64,000 nt of DNA, taken from assembly GCA_021613535.1 (NCBI GenBank), contig CP075495.1, positions 12,028,001-12,092,000 on the forward strand, written 5' to 3'. A program made the translations under genes and the position numbers. The DNA comes from Adineta vaga (Eukaryota; Animalia; Rotifera). The notes beneath the pieces were generated by a model. The model had not been told where the DNA came from, ran no database searches, and saw only the letters and a program-made list of their open reading frames with translations. Below, piece after piece: positions 39,544-55,322 of this stretch; the stretch's first letter is position 1; the number at the start of each line of letters is the position of its first letter.

Positions 39544-41382
39544 ATGTTCTTATTCAACTGGTTTTTACTCATTTTCGGTACTCTAGCATATGCTCAAAGT
39601 ATATTTATGAATTATTATTGTTTACGGTTCATTCTTTCTTTCTTTCTTTCTTATAGATTGTTCCGACTATTATCAGTGTCAATTAGAATTATACGATCAA
39701 CTTCTAATCAAATTTCGTCCATCTATACGTCCAGTTCAAAATAATTCACAGAATATTGCTGTTCGTATTGGATTTTCATTGATAAGACTTGTTTCTGTTG
39801 TAAGTACTCGTTAATTCAATTACAGACAAAAAAAAAAGTCAAAATATTCGATTTCCCCTCTTTAGAATGAAGAAAATTCATTATTAACCGTTCGTGCACA
39901 TTTAAATCAAGTAATTAATTTTAAATTGATTCTTTTCTCTATGAAGTTTCTTTCCGTAGACTTGGAATGCAACAATATTTAGTTGGAATTCAACAGCATA
40001 TTCAAATGTTGAACATTTTCGTGTACCAGCACATCTAATTTGGACACCAAAAATAGAATTAGTAAATCCGTAAGAAAATCATTTTATTGCATTGAATTCC
40101 TATATAATGAAAGTTATGATTATTTAGAAGTACGGATATTGATTTCGAAGCGAATCACTTTGTTAATATTCGATCAAATGGTTTGTGTGAATTATCATAT
40201 TCTACACTTCTGACAATTCCGTGTAATTTTGATCTGAGTGATTTTCCATTTGATCAACAAACATGTACATTTAAAGTAATATTTCATTATTTTCGTATCT
40301 GAAAGTTTCTTATCAATATCGTTTGTTTTTCTAGTTGGGTTCATCACTATATGATATAAAGGAAGTTTCAATAATACAAGCCATCGATTTCGTTATTGAT
40401 GAACCAAGTTTAACGCCAAATGGTTATTATTTTGTATCCAATAGTGTAAAACAGAAAATCGATTATTTTGCTGGTTTCGATCGAAGTTATGATCAAATTT
40501 CAATCGATCTTGGAATTCATCGACGTTCAACATATTTCATTCGATTGATCAATTGGCCTGGATCAATTTTAATGTTATTAACTATAACAATATTTTTTCT
40601 TCCACCAACAGCACCAGAAAGAATTCTCTATGGTAAAAAAAATAAAAAAGACACGCGTATTTTTTTATTTTCTCATCAATTAAATGAAATATTTCATTGA
40701 TCTATCTATATTTAGCTTCATTCTTACTTGTATGCCAATTTCTTCTATTAATTATATTTGCTTTTTGTATTCCAAAACGATTGGGTACGGCATGGCCATG
40801 GATGGGACGTACGATTTTTTATGATATTTGTTTGACAAGCATGACATTAGTATTTTCGGTGTTAGTTCGCATGCTTTCGGATGAAAAATATTTTGCTTCT
40901 GAAAGACCATCAATAAAAATACGTAATGTATGTACAAAATAAAATCTTTATTTTCTTTTGCTTATAAATTTCAATGAAATTTTTAGTTTGTTTTCGGTTT
41001 TTTATCTAAACTTGTTGGATTTAAACGCTTATCGTTTACAACATTACTTGCTAGTCGTGATAAGTATGAAGATTTTCTAGATAATTCAAAGATTTTATTG
41101 CTTTTCTAATCTAGTGAATATGATATGAATGATTCGGCAATGGAACCATTAACATCTGTTTCAAATAATTCTGCTGGAGTTGTTACTGATCCGCAAACAC
41201 TTTCATCGAATATTGTCAATCGAGATATTGGTTTAATTAAACAAAAATTAAGTACATTTACAACTGAACATAATATTCATCAAGAATGGATACTTGTTGC
41301 TCATATTATCAATCGTTTATATTTTCTAGCATATCTATTTTTCTTTTCATTTTCCATTGGACATCATGTATTTTATAAGTAA
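39544..41382 (+). CDS. Divergent Cys-loop ligand-gated ion channel subunit (nAChR-like, non-alpha), multi-exon
   Basis: Signal peptide; RPVQN; IWTPKIELVN; Cys-loop CNFDLSDFPFDQQTC; RRSTYFI pre-M1; M1-M4 with EWILVAHIINRL; no vicinal Cys pair seen in loop C. Confidence 0.88.
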
Positions 41383-41734
41383 TTAAATAAATAATTGAAA
41401 AATATTAATCGTATATTTCAACGGATTATGATTATCAATTTTCTAATCGTAACGCTTGATTTGTTTGTGTGTTTATTTCATTTTTCTTCTTCTTCGTTCT
41501 ATGGAGGTTTTTTTCTCTTCTTCTGTTACCTGTTTTGTACACGTGTAATGCTGTCAATTGATTGAAGTTATTGATATGAAAATAAGCATAAAAAGAGTCT
41601 AGATGTATGTGAGCAGGAAACACAATCAACGAAAAAAATCAACGACGATCAAGGTATACTTATCTATCTGCTATTTTTAATAAAACCTTCAAATCTTATT
41701 AAACTGTTCATTTCTCGTTCAGATTTATCTTCCG

Positions 41735-42361
41735 ATGGGTTGTTGTGGATCAACACAAAAGAAACATGTCAAAAAACCGAAAGCAACTAATATAATTCGA
41801 TTAAATAGTGAAATTAAGTCGGATCTATCGGATGTGATTATCAATGATTTATTAACGCGAACGAAATTTACCAAACAAGAAATTCTCGATTGGTGGCATG
41901 GATTTTTAGCGGATTGTCCAACAGGTTTATTGGATAAAAAGAAATTCATTGAAGTTTATCAATATCGTTATCCAAATGGGAAAGCAAAAAAATTTTGTGA
42001 TCACGTTTTTCGTACATTCAATCCTGATAAGAAAACACATGCTATTGATTTTCATCGTTTTATGTGTGCTATTGATATTACATTGAATGGTAGTACGGAT
42101 GAGAAACTTGAATGGGCATTTACAATGTATGATGTGAATGGTGATGAACGAATATCAAAAAATGAAATGTCAAGTGTTGTTGAATCAATGTTCGATTTAT
42201 TAGGTAAAAGTAAAGTAGGAAATAATAATCCGCGAAAACATGTTGACCATATTTTTTCACGTATTGATGCCAATCATGATAATTATGTTAGCAAAGAAGA
42301 ATTTCTTCGCGGTTGTAAAGCTGATGAACAAATTCGAACAATTTTAGCACCACATTATTAA
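41735..42361 (+). CDS. Neuronal calcium sensor (recoverin/neurocalcin/NCS-1 family), intronless
   Basis: GFLADCPTG, KFCDHVFRTF, EKLEWAFTMYDVNGD, EF4 DANHDNYVSKEEF; MGCCGS N-terminus. Confidence 0.92.
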   Translation: MGCCGSTQKKHVKKPKATNIIRLNSEIKSDLSDVIINDLLTRTKFTKQEILDWWHGFLADCPTGLLDKKKFIEVYQYRYPNGKAKKFCDHVFRTFNPDKKTHAIDFHRFMCAIDITLNGSTDEKLEWAFTMYDVNGDERISKNEMSSVVESMFDLLGKSKVGNNNPRKHVDHIFSRIDANHDNYVSKEEFLRGCKADEQIRTILAPHY

Positions 42362-43847
42362 TGAAAAATTATGATTTAGTATTAAAAAGAAGGAAACTTC
42401 TCCTTCTTCTTTTTCTCTTAGTTTAAACGAAATGAAAGAAAAATTATCGTTTTTCTTCATTCATTTGTATACTTATTTATTAAATCATTCTGAATAAAAG
42501 GTTATTAAGCCATGCATATTTAGTTATACTTCATCAATCATTCTTTTATATCGATTGTCATAGAAATAAAAGAGAGATATTTTTATACTTAGCAAAAAAA
42601 TATATTAATGATACTTTCGATGAATATATACTTGTCAATGATTAAATCTGGTTTTTATGTACTGATACAAACATGAAATGATCTTTGTTTTTCTTCATAT
42701 TTATGGTCAAGGTTTTTAGAAATAGAAAAAGTAATCGGATGCTTTCAATGATCGTTCCATTAAGAAACAGTTTTTGTTTTTCATTCAAGATATAATTGAG
42801 GAAGTTCACCATTTGACATTTTCTTTTAGATCTATCGAAATCGTTGTCATATTAGATGTGCATATGAATATAAAGCATTCAATTATGATATATGACAGAT
42901 TTGTTAGGTATATGAATGAAATATTTCTCTAAGGAAATGAAAATCTAATCGATAGAAAAAGAAAAGAACTCGTATTCACTAGTGTATCAACAATCGTGCT
43001 ATTTATGGAGACGAAGAACAATCATTAAAAATTATGTTGAAAAATTCTATTATCTTAATTACAGAAGAAGATAATTTATATCATGTCAAAGTACTTTTCA
43101 AGAAATAATGAATTGTTAGTCTTTATTAAACTATAATTTAATCATGAATAACAATATTGATGATTATATTATTAGTTTGATTTTTCTTGAGAATTTATTC
43201 GATCTTTTAGCTATTATCATTTGCATTTCTCAGCTAACATTAAGAAATTCTATGCATGTCATCACACTTTTTATTACTCGTCTATTATTTAAACTCTACT
43301 TTTAATATCATTATTTCATCGATGAAAATAAATAAAATTCAATCGAAAAGATCATTATTTCTTGTTTTTCTCTCTGAAATCTCTTCTAACCTTATTCATC
43401 ATCTGACATATTATTGATAGATAGAAATTCTTAATGAGATATCATTAATCAAAAAGAAAACGACGAATATATGATGTACATCAAGAATATTCAAAATGCA
43501 CACTTATATTAATTAGATGAATATTAACAATACTTGAACATGTTGATACGAGAGTAAAATTAGAAACGATAATGTACTTTTATATCAATGTAGATAGCAC
43601 GTAAAATTCTATTAATGATGTTTTAAATCGTCTTTGAAATGAAATCACGTAAAATACATTCATGCAGAAGTTTTATCTATAAATATTCAGTCTCTTATCT
43701 AATTATTCGTCTAGAGTTTAAAAAATTAAAAGAAGGATTTGAGTACTTCAAATAGTTGATGAGAACTAGTCGTTCTTTTTCTTGTCTCTGATTTTACCTA
43801 GTTGTTTTGATAGAAAATATTCTTTTTTCCATCTCATTTCATTCGAG

Positions 43848-44783
43848 ATGTCTATAAATGCAATCTTCAATGAAGAAGTTCTTGTCGCTTATTATTCACT
43901 TAGTGTTACAATCATTGGTACAATATTTAATATGTTAAATTTTATTGTTCTATGTCGATCAAGATTTCGACATAGTAAAACAAGACCAACATTTCATTAT
44001 CTACGAGCTATAGCTATTTTTGATATACTAATGTTATTTGGCTGGAATCTTGATCATTATCTTGCTCCAATTCATGGATTTAAGATTCAAACATTATCCA
44101 TACCATTATGTCGATTTTTATCATTTTTTAATTATTTTGTTTCTCAAACATCAGCATGGCTTCGTGTTTTTGTTTGTTTTGATCGATATTTAATATTAAG
44201 TCGTTTACATAAAACATGGTTTAGTAATTCCAAACATGTTCTTCTTATCATTTGTTTTATTCTTTGTTTTTCATTTGCATTAAATTCAATTTTTTTCATT
44301 TTTGGTTGTTCAATTTCCGTGAAAGGAAATATTCGTGTCGAATCTTGGGCATTTCCTATTTATCCACTATGGGATTATGTTAATCTGACTGTTTATAATT
44401 GTATACCATTTTTATTAATGACAATATTTAATAGTTGTGTTATATATCATTTAATTCGTCTTCATCGTACAAGTACAGTTCAAAATTCACAAATTCAACA
44501 TCGATCAATATCAGTAACATTGGTGATTACAAATTTTCTATTTCTCGTTATGACTATACCTGGAACGGTAATATATGCATTTTTTTATTCGCAAACACAT
44601 ATTACTTTAAGACGATTCTTAGATGGAATTTTATATACATATCATATCATCTCATTTCCATTATATATGATTACATTTGATGAATTTCGAAAAGAATTTA
44701 TTACGATGATGACTTGTGGAATAATCAAACCGAGAAGTGCATCATTGTATGGTACACATCCATATCTGATGAGTACTGTTTAA
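43848..44783 (+). CDS. Intronless orphan GPCR (copy 6)
   Basis: 7TM, DRY, GWNLDHY, QHRSISVTL; first ATG at 43848. Confidence 0.9.
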   Translation: MSINAIFNEEVLVAYYSLSVTIIGTIFNMLNFIVLCRSRFRHSKTRPTFHYLRAIAIFDILMLFGWNLDHYLAPIHGFKIQTLSIPLCRFLSFFNYFVSQTSAWLRVFVCFDRYLILSRLHKTWFSNSKHVLLIICFILCFSFALNSIFFIFGCSISVKGNIRVESWAFPIYPLWDYVNLTVYNCIPFLLMTIFNSCVIYHLIRLHRTSTVQNSQIQHRSISVTLVITNFLFLVMTIPGTVIYAFFYSQTHITLRRFLDGILYTYHIISFPLYMITFDEFRKEFITMMTCGIIKPRSASLYGTHPYLMSTV

Positions 44784-44950
44784 AATTCAACAACTATCTC
44801 GAAAAACATATTTTGAAAATATGTATGTATAAATTGTGATTCTATATTTTATAAATGTAAATAATAAATACATCTATAATTTCAATCAATTGATCAATAA
44901 ATAACAATGAAAAGTCTGGAAAATTCATTGAAAGATTAGTAGTTTATGTA

Positions 44951-45517
44951 CAGTAAAACCTCTCTAATGTGAACACCGTTGAGATCTGGGGAAAACGTTC
45001 AGTATAACGAGGTGATCATAATAGAGGAGGGTCAATGAAAAATTAAGTAAAATAATTGTTTTTTCTTAATTTATCTAATCTTCCATTTACTATTTTGATA
45101 CTCTAAGAACTTCTAATTAAATTAAAGTTGAATATCACATTTTACACATAAACATTATCATCGATTGTCTGACGAAGATCATCTTTCATCTGTCGCTTTA
45201 ACTTTTTATTATGATTAGACTTGTAATTATTAACATATTCACGTTTTTGTTTAAGAATAGTGAATCTTTTACATCTCTTCTTTTTCTTTTCGCGTATCGC
45301 GTCGTCATTTTTTTTTTACGTATATATTCTTAGAACCAATCAAATTCATGACATTCACTTACTCATAGATGGCTATACACTTTTTCTAATTAGCACCCTC
45401 TATTGATGTTTACATTAGCGAAATCAATATGCACAGTCGGTACCATAAAAAAGCGTTCATATTCAGAATGAAGGGGGGTTCACTAAGGACAGGTGTTTAA
45501 TAATAGAGGTTTTACTG
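44951..45517. mobile_element. Non-autonomous pogo/Tigger-type (Tc1/mariner superfamily) DNA transposon
   Basis: Terminal inverted repeats CAGTAAAACCTCT / AGAGGTTTTACTG (13 bp perfect, imperfectly extending to ~27 bp), flanked by TA on both sides; minus-strand transposase-like relic ILKQKREY...KKLKRQMK...IDDNVY at ~45150-45260. Confidence 0.88.
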
Positions 45518-45883
45518 TATCAACAAAATGAAGTTGAAAGTTAGATTACAAATCATTCTTAGTTACATTGAAATATGTATAGCATTAATTCTATGACAAT
45601 ATTTGAATAGTTATTTTTGTTGAATATGCATCACATTGAAGATGAAAGATAAGTTCTTCGAGTACAAAGGTATAGAAAAAAATATATGATGATGTCATGA
45701 ATAAAACGTTGATCCTCAGTACGATTTGATAGTATATTCATGTATTTCGATTAGTCAACCGTAACAAGTATTGTTTTTCTTTTCTGAATATCATTAATAA
45801 ACTATTTTACATCTAAATGTCTTTGTAACTAGATTCAACAAGAAATCAAACTTTATCAGCGCATAATTAAACTGAGAAAAATT

Positions 45884-47720
45884 ATGGAAAAGTTCAATCA
45901 ATTCGAGGCAAAAACGACAGATGCCATTCGTCACCTACCTGATATATTAAATGCCGAACAAAAAGAAAATTTAAAAAAACATAAATATGATAACGAAGGT
46001 ATAACTCTACTTGATCCATGTATGCAAAAATATTGGAATTGGCTGGTTGAATTCTTTCCATTATGGATAGCACCAAATCTTCTCACTATAACTGGTTTAG
46101 TAACACATATTAGTGCAAGTATTTTATTGATGATTCTCACTAATGGTGCTAAAGAAGAAGTAAATCGGTTTGTTTTCTTTAATAGAAATAGTCATTCTTT
46201 TAATTTAGTGTACAAGATGGATGTATTTTCTCACAGGACTTGGCCTCTTTTTCTATCAATCACTTGATGCTATTGATGGTAAACAAGCTCGTCGAACGAA
46301 ATCAGCAACACCATTAGGTGAACTTTTCGATCATGGATGTGATTCTGTTTCAACAGGTAATCTTGTCATCGAACTGATGAATATATTGTCTCTTTCTTCA
46401 TCTGTTTATATATTAGTATTCATCACAGTAGCATGCTGTTGTGCTTTACAACTTGGTGTTTATCCATGGTTGATGTTTTGGTGTTGTATGCTTTCATACA
46501 TCGCTTTTTATTGTGCTCATTGGCAAACATATGTCTCGGGAAAACTTCGATTTGGAAAGTATGCATTGAAACTAATGTTTGTAGTTATAACTCTAATGTT
46601 CATTTAGACTCGATTGTACGGAAGCTACACTCGCATTTATTGGTGTTTATATGATTAGTACGATATCACCTAGTTTCTGGGCTAATAAAGTTTGTATATT
46701 AAAACAACTAATCGTTTTTTATTATTATTATTATTATCATTGTTAAAGGTACCTTTCATTAGTGTTGAGTATCGTGTGATTGTAGGAATATTAATGCTTG
46801 GTTCAACAGTATGGAGTTCAGCTAATAACATTTATACTGCATTGTCACCAGGTATATCTGGAAGAAAGACACCATCGGTATGTATGAATATTAATATTTT
46901 ATTTATTAATAATTTGAATACATCATTTTTATATGAAATAAAGGGTACAAGTGTTATGGTTCCAGCTTGGTCACTAATTGTATTCATAGTACTGACATTA
47001 GTCGCTGCTTATTATTCAAAAGCGCATATACTTGAATTACACACAGCACTATTTCTAATTTGTTATGGTCTTGTATTTTCCAAAATAACCAATCGATTAA
47101 TTGTTTGTTTAGATTTCTTATGTTTTAATTCATTTAAAAATCAATTCTTCTGCGTCTAATAGGTAGCACATATGTCAAAGAGTGCATTTAACACATGGGA
47201 TTCGATTTTCATTGGTGCTATAACTGTCTGTATCAATCAATTATTCGGTTTTTCTTTTGGAGAACATATCTTTCTTTGGGGTTGTCTCGTAAGTTGGATT
47301 ATAATTAAATATTCTTCTTTTTATCATCGAAAGGATATTCTCTCGATAGGAATTTATTTCAAGAATGTCAGAAATTATAAGAATTTATCATACGTAATAA
47401 ATAATCTTGATGATAAAACGACATTGAGAGTCAAATAGTCTATGAACAGTAATTTTAACATGTTTCTTGTTATTGTTTTCTATGACACATACCTACAATT
47501 GTATCCCATATATAACTGCTTTGTTCAGAGTCGTAATTCGGACAGATTAGCTGATTGAATTTCATTTTTTGTAAAATTATTTATTTCTCTATAGATTTTC
47601 AATGTGTACGATTTACTTCGATATGATGCGAAAGTATGTCAAGAATTGTGTGATGCATTTGACGTATATTGTTTTCGAGTGAAACCACTATCAACAACAC
47701 GAAATAGTCAATCTCATTAA
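45884..47720 (+). CDS. Choline/ethanolamine phosphotransferase (CEPT1/CHPT1 family), multi-exon
   Basis: [26 protein letters not shown]; CDP-alcohol phosphotransferase motif [27 protein letters not shown]; last exon 47595-47720. Confidence 0.93.
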
Positions 47721-48677
47721 TTACATCTATCAAAACTTCAACACTCTTCCTTTTTATTCCAGCTTATGATTTATGTTTTTTCTTTTGCATGATATGTCAG
47801 AAATGTTTCAGTTTCTTGAAAAATGATTAATAGTTTTATAATCGAAGGTGCCACTGGTTCTATGTTACAATTATTGGTAAAAAAGACAAATTTAATCAGT
47901 TGATGATTCTTTTTGAACAATAAATTGTTTTGAAATTTTGTTATTCCTGACAATTGTTAAGATATTAGGCATTTTTGAAAGATAGAGATAAACACATAAA
48001 TTATCTTGAAAAAAGATGAATAGTTCTCCTAAGGATTTCTCTACATTTCAGACATTATTTCACATTGTACTAAATATAGAACAAGAAATAACACGTTCAT
48101 TAATATTCTTTTTCGACTAATACCAATATTACTAACATTTCTTTCTCATTATACAAGGTGTTTTATGACACATCATAAATAAATAATTTCTACGAATTAT
48201 TCTGTTGACATCTGTTCCTTAAGAAGAAGTCACGTTCAAAACATGAGGCTTACGTCAAGAATAAACTTGACAAAATAACTCTGCGAATCGATAGATGCAG
48301 GAAGTTGAGATAAAACTGTTACGTTTTCGTTCTTTTAAGATGTTGTTGCATGTCTGAAAAAGACAATGATATATCAGTCGTAGAAGAGTGTATTTTGATT
48401 TAGTTTAATTATAGAGTATTGAAGAAGTTTCCGATGAATCTTAACATTGTATTTCATATTGCGTATATGAAAATAAACGGAAAAAATGTCGAGATGTTGA
48501 GTGAGTCTCTCTTTTCTCTTGTCTTCGAAAGATCATAAGTGTGATAGAAACAAACATCGACACAAAATAATAATAACCATCAATTTCTTTGTTGTCATAA
48601 TAGATATGATCAACAAATATTCTTTTCATCTAACATATAACTAAAACGAGTACATCGAAAGTAAAATCTTCCAAGAA

Positions 48678-49613
48678 ATGTTAATATGGTTTAACAATAA
48701 TACAAATGTATCAACAGAAGATATGGATCAAATGAATATTTTTGCTACATATTATCCATTATTTCTTGTTATAACAGGTACATTTCTGAATTTTTTGACA
48801 TTTCTCATACTTAGTCGACCAATTTTTCGTGAAACCATTCGACGATCAACCTTATATTACATGCGTGCAATAGCTCTTTTTGATATATTGATGTTATATG
48901 GATGGAATCTTGATCATTTTCTTTCTCGAGCATTTCAATTTATGCTTCAAACATATTCAATTCCTACTTGTAAATTTTGTTCATTCTTAAATTATTTCTC
49001 TGCACAAATTTCTGCTTGGTTACGTGTGTCGATTTGTTTCGAACGATATTTAGCATTGAATTCTCCACATCAACTTTGGTTTAATCATTCGAAAAATGTT
49101 CTCATCATTATTCTATGTATTATATTAACATTTACTTTGATTAATTCCCATTTTTTTCTATTCGTCTGTTATTTGAATGATAATGGTACAGTGAATTTAA
49201 ATGCACGTTTATATGAAATCTATCCATTATGGGATTATATTAATCTAGGAATTTACAATTGTATTCCATTTCTTTTGATGACTTTATTCAATAGTAATGT
49301 TATTTATCATTTAATGCGTTTTCGTCATATTAGTACAATTCAAAATGCTCGTATTCAACATCGTTCAATATCAATTACACTTGTTACAACAACATTTCTC
49401 TTTTTAATTATGACTATACCAGCAACTATATCCTATGGTTTTTTCTATGCAACTGCAAGTCATTTTACTCTTCATTTTTTTGATTATATTCTCTATACAT
49501 ATCATATTTCATCGTTCTTTATATATTTAATTACTTTGCGAGAATTTCGAGAGGAAATCTTTTCGTTAATAATACCAAACAGTTGGCATGGAAGGCAATC
49601 ATTATTTCATTGA
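48678..49613 (+). CDS. Intronless orphan GPCR (copy 7)
   Basis: 311 aa, 7TM, ERY, same family motifs. Confidence 0.9.
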   Translation: MLIWFNNNTNVSTEDMDQMNIFATYYPLFLVITGTFLNFLTFLILSRPIFRETIRRSTLYYMRAIALFDILMLYGWNLDHFLSRAFQFMLQTYSIPTCKFCSFLNYFSAQISAWLRVSICFERYLALNSPHQLWFNHSKNVLIIILCIILTFTLINSHFFLFVCYLNDNGTVNLNARLYEIYPLWDYINLGIYNCIPFLLMTLFNSNVIYHLMRFRHISTIQNARIQHRSISITLVTTTFLFLIMTIPATISYGFFYATASHFTLHFFDYILYTYHISSFFIYLITLREFREEIFSLIIPNSWHGRQSLFH

Positions 49614-50062
49614 TTCGTTAAGAAGAATTATGTTTATCCGAACTTTATATCAATGTGAAATTTTATTTTGTCATATTTTGTTTTTGGTCTACGTAGATAT
49701 ATCTTTCAAAGAAAGTCTAAATTGTTATTTTAAACTGATTGTCTTTTGGTTTTCCTTGTTTTCTGTGTTGGTGGGAGTGACATGCATTAAATACAGTAAA
49801 AAAAAGGAGGAAAGAAGAGAAGAGAAGAGAAAAAAGAAAGAAAACCGACTTCACACATTCCAAATGATGAAAATTTTGTTATGGAAACTTAAAGAAGCAA
49901 AGAACAGAAATCTCGAATAAAAAAACAACAACGGTGATCAAATATGAAAGAGAGAAAGAGAAAGAAATATTGCGAATGATAAATTACGCATCTATGTATA
50001 TGTGGATGTAAATATATATGTATAAAGATAGATAAATATTTATAATTAATGTACACAAAAGA

Positions 50063-52741
<2,679 letters not shown>

Positions 52742-52966
52742 AGTTTATATGGAAAACATTACGGAATGTATTGATCTAAAAAATTCTAATCAAATAAAAT
52801 GCCTAAGTTTCCTGAGAGAGAGAGAAAAGTTTTCTTCTAAAAAAATGTATCTTTAAGATCACAACAGACAACTAATTTTCGTATCTATACAACACAAATA
52901 CATATATAATATATACACACATTAAAGTTAAAAACATATATACGGGGAAAAAATGGGAAAAAGAAA

Positions 52967-54119
52967 TTACTCATGAACAATACGTTGATTTAGATTTCGA
53001 TGGAGTGGTTTAATGGCAGCTGAATTTCGTGATAAGCCAACACGAGATGGTTGAGTCGATGGAATAATAATTTTACTTGTTGGAAAACCGACTGGTGTAT
53101 TAGATTTCTTCTTTGAAATATCAGTTGATGTAACTAAATTGATAGAAAAGAGAAATGAAAAATAAAAGTTAATTCGTTGATATTTACCGGATGATTTTTC
53201 TTGAACACGTGTTGTTGATCGAATTGAATTGAGATCGATTGATTTAATTGTTGGCACTTCTGAAAAAAAGCCAGAAAAGATATTAGACTTTTCATTATTC
53301 TGATTTTAATTCGATTTACCTGAAGTTTTTGTTGTTTCTTTTGATTTACGAACTGGTTTCTTTTCAGGTGTTGGTTCTTCTTCATCAATTTCTTCCACTT
53401 CACCCACTTCATCGATACTAGATTCACTTTCAGCGACATCATCATCTATGGTAACATTTACGAATATTACAATTGAACAATATCATATTTTACCTTCTTC
53501 TTCTTCTTCTTCTTCTCGTTTCATTCGTTTACTTTTTGGTAAAGAATTTTCATCCTGTTCATTCGATTCTTTTTCTGTTGTTTTACTTGCTAGAAAAGAA
53601 TAAAATTCATTCTTTCATGATTTATGCGGATGTATTCTTACTATGACTTGATTCTGTTGATTGACTAGTTGTACTTTCATCATCACGATTAACAATTGGA
53701 ATTTCGATTGATACTTCAGTTTCTTTTGAAAGTTTAAGAACTAAATCAAGTTCTTCTTGTTCAGCTTTAGATACTCTAATCAAATATGAAAATCAATGAT
53801 TGAAAACATTTGAAATAAAAACAAACTTTTCATTTCGTTTTCGTGGTGGTTGTCGATTTGAAGTTTTTGTTTCTTTTAGTTGTTTATCTGTTGTTGCACG
53901 AGTTTGTTTTGATTTATCATTTTTAGAAATAAAATCTAAATGAAATCAAAGAAAATAGACTATAACAACTAATAGACAAGATTTTCTCTACCATCATCAT
54001 CATCACCACCACGTTCTGTATATGAGACTGATTTTGCTGAACTACATATTTGGAGAAAGAAAAGAATTATACAAACAATCGAATACATGAATGTTGACAT
54101 ACCGTTTTGCACCGGGCAT
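52967..54119 (-). CDS. RAD51AP1: RAD51-associated protein 1-like, many short exons
   Basis: N-terminus MPGAKRSAKSVSYTERGGDDDDDFIS; EELDLVLKLS motif; low-complexity charged middle; C-terminal RVGLSRNSAAIKPLH resembling the RAD51-interacting RLGLSR..VKPLH motif. Confidence 0.72.
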
Positions 54120-54569
54120 ATTTATTTAAATATCTAAAAAACACAAGATTTCAATAGTTTTTTTTATATGTCAACGTCAAATTATTATGCGTAAGTGAGT
54201 TTGATTTTTTTTAGGAAAATGTCATAAAATGAGTCATATTATTGAGAGGAGAAGAAAAAAGAACCTTTGCAACAGCATATACTGTTGTTAATATATGCAT
54301 CGTGTGAAAAACAATATTGACAATCAACATCACGAATTCAGATATTGATATATTTAGTTAATATCCAAGAATTTCAGATGTTTTTATCTAAAATATATGA
54401 AGAAAAAAGAAACTTTATTATTCATACAAATATCATTCATTTTATTAAATTTTTCTTTATTAAAATAATAAGAAGAAGAACAAATTGATAAATGTAAATA
54501 ATGACTGTATTCAATGAATAATTTTATCGTTTAACAATATCTATTGCCATTTATATATATATATATATA

Positions 54570-55322
54570 TTAATTCGCATTCAAAAATGATGATCCAGGA
54601 GAAATATGTAATAAATCACGAAATTTTTCAGCTTTTATTTTTAATTCATGTGCGCGTTTACGATCTTCAATAAAGCGACGTTCGAATTCTGTCACTTCTT
54701 CTTCACTTTTTGCGCCATAGAAAAAGTCTTCGGCTGTTTCCTGAAATTAAAAAAACAAAATTATCTTTCCGCTCAAGAACTCATATATCAATAAATATCA
54801 CTACGAAAGAGTCTGTTTTGCATACCTCAGTAGCTCGTTCAAGTTCTGATGCTGCCGTTTGTAAAAGTACCCAAGTCATTTCTGGATTGTTTTCACCGAT
54901 TTGTTCTTCTAATAAAAGACAAGACTTTATTTCGGATAAATATGAAATTATTTTACCATATTGTTGTCGAACAAGATTATATTCTTCTTTTGCTTTATTA
55001 AGTTCATCATATACTTCTCGAAGTTTTTCTCGTTCATCTGAGAGTACAGGTTCTTTATCAAGATTTTCGATTGCTAAACGATTTATACTTGTTTTTAAAC
55101 TTTCTTTGATTGTTTCCATATGCTGAATCTAAAAATAAAATCTTCTAAAATGATTGAAATCATTTCAAAGAAAATATCTCTTACTTCATTAAGATTACTA
55201 ATAAATTTGTTGATCTCATCGTGATTATTCACTAATTTTTGTAAATCATCGGAATTTTTCTGACTGATTATATTTCGTACTTCATTCAAACCATTATCAT
55301 GATTTGCATAATAGCCGTTCAT
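54570..55322 (-). CDS. VPS37: ESCRT-I subunit VPS37 (Mod(r) domain), 3 exons
   Basis: DLQKLVNN.., INRLAIENLDKEPVL, LLQTAASELERATE|ETAEDF...FIEDRKRAHELKIKAEK. Confidence 0.85.

Noticed and set aside
45884-47720. Possible selenoprotein I (EPT1) with Sec read-through
   Set aside because: Ends in TAA, has no in-frame TGA near the C-terminus, and motifs fit CEPT1/CHPT1.
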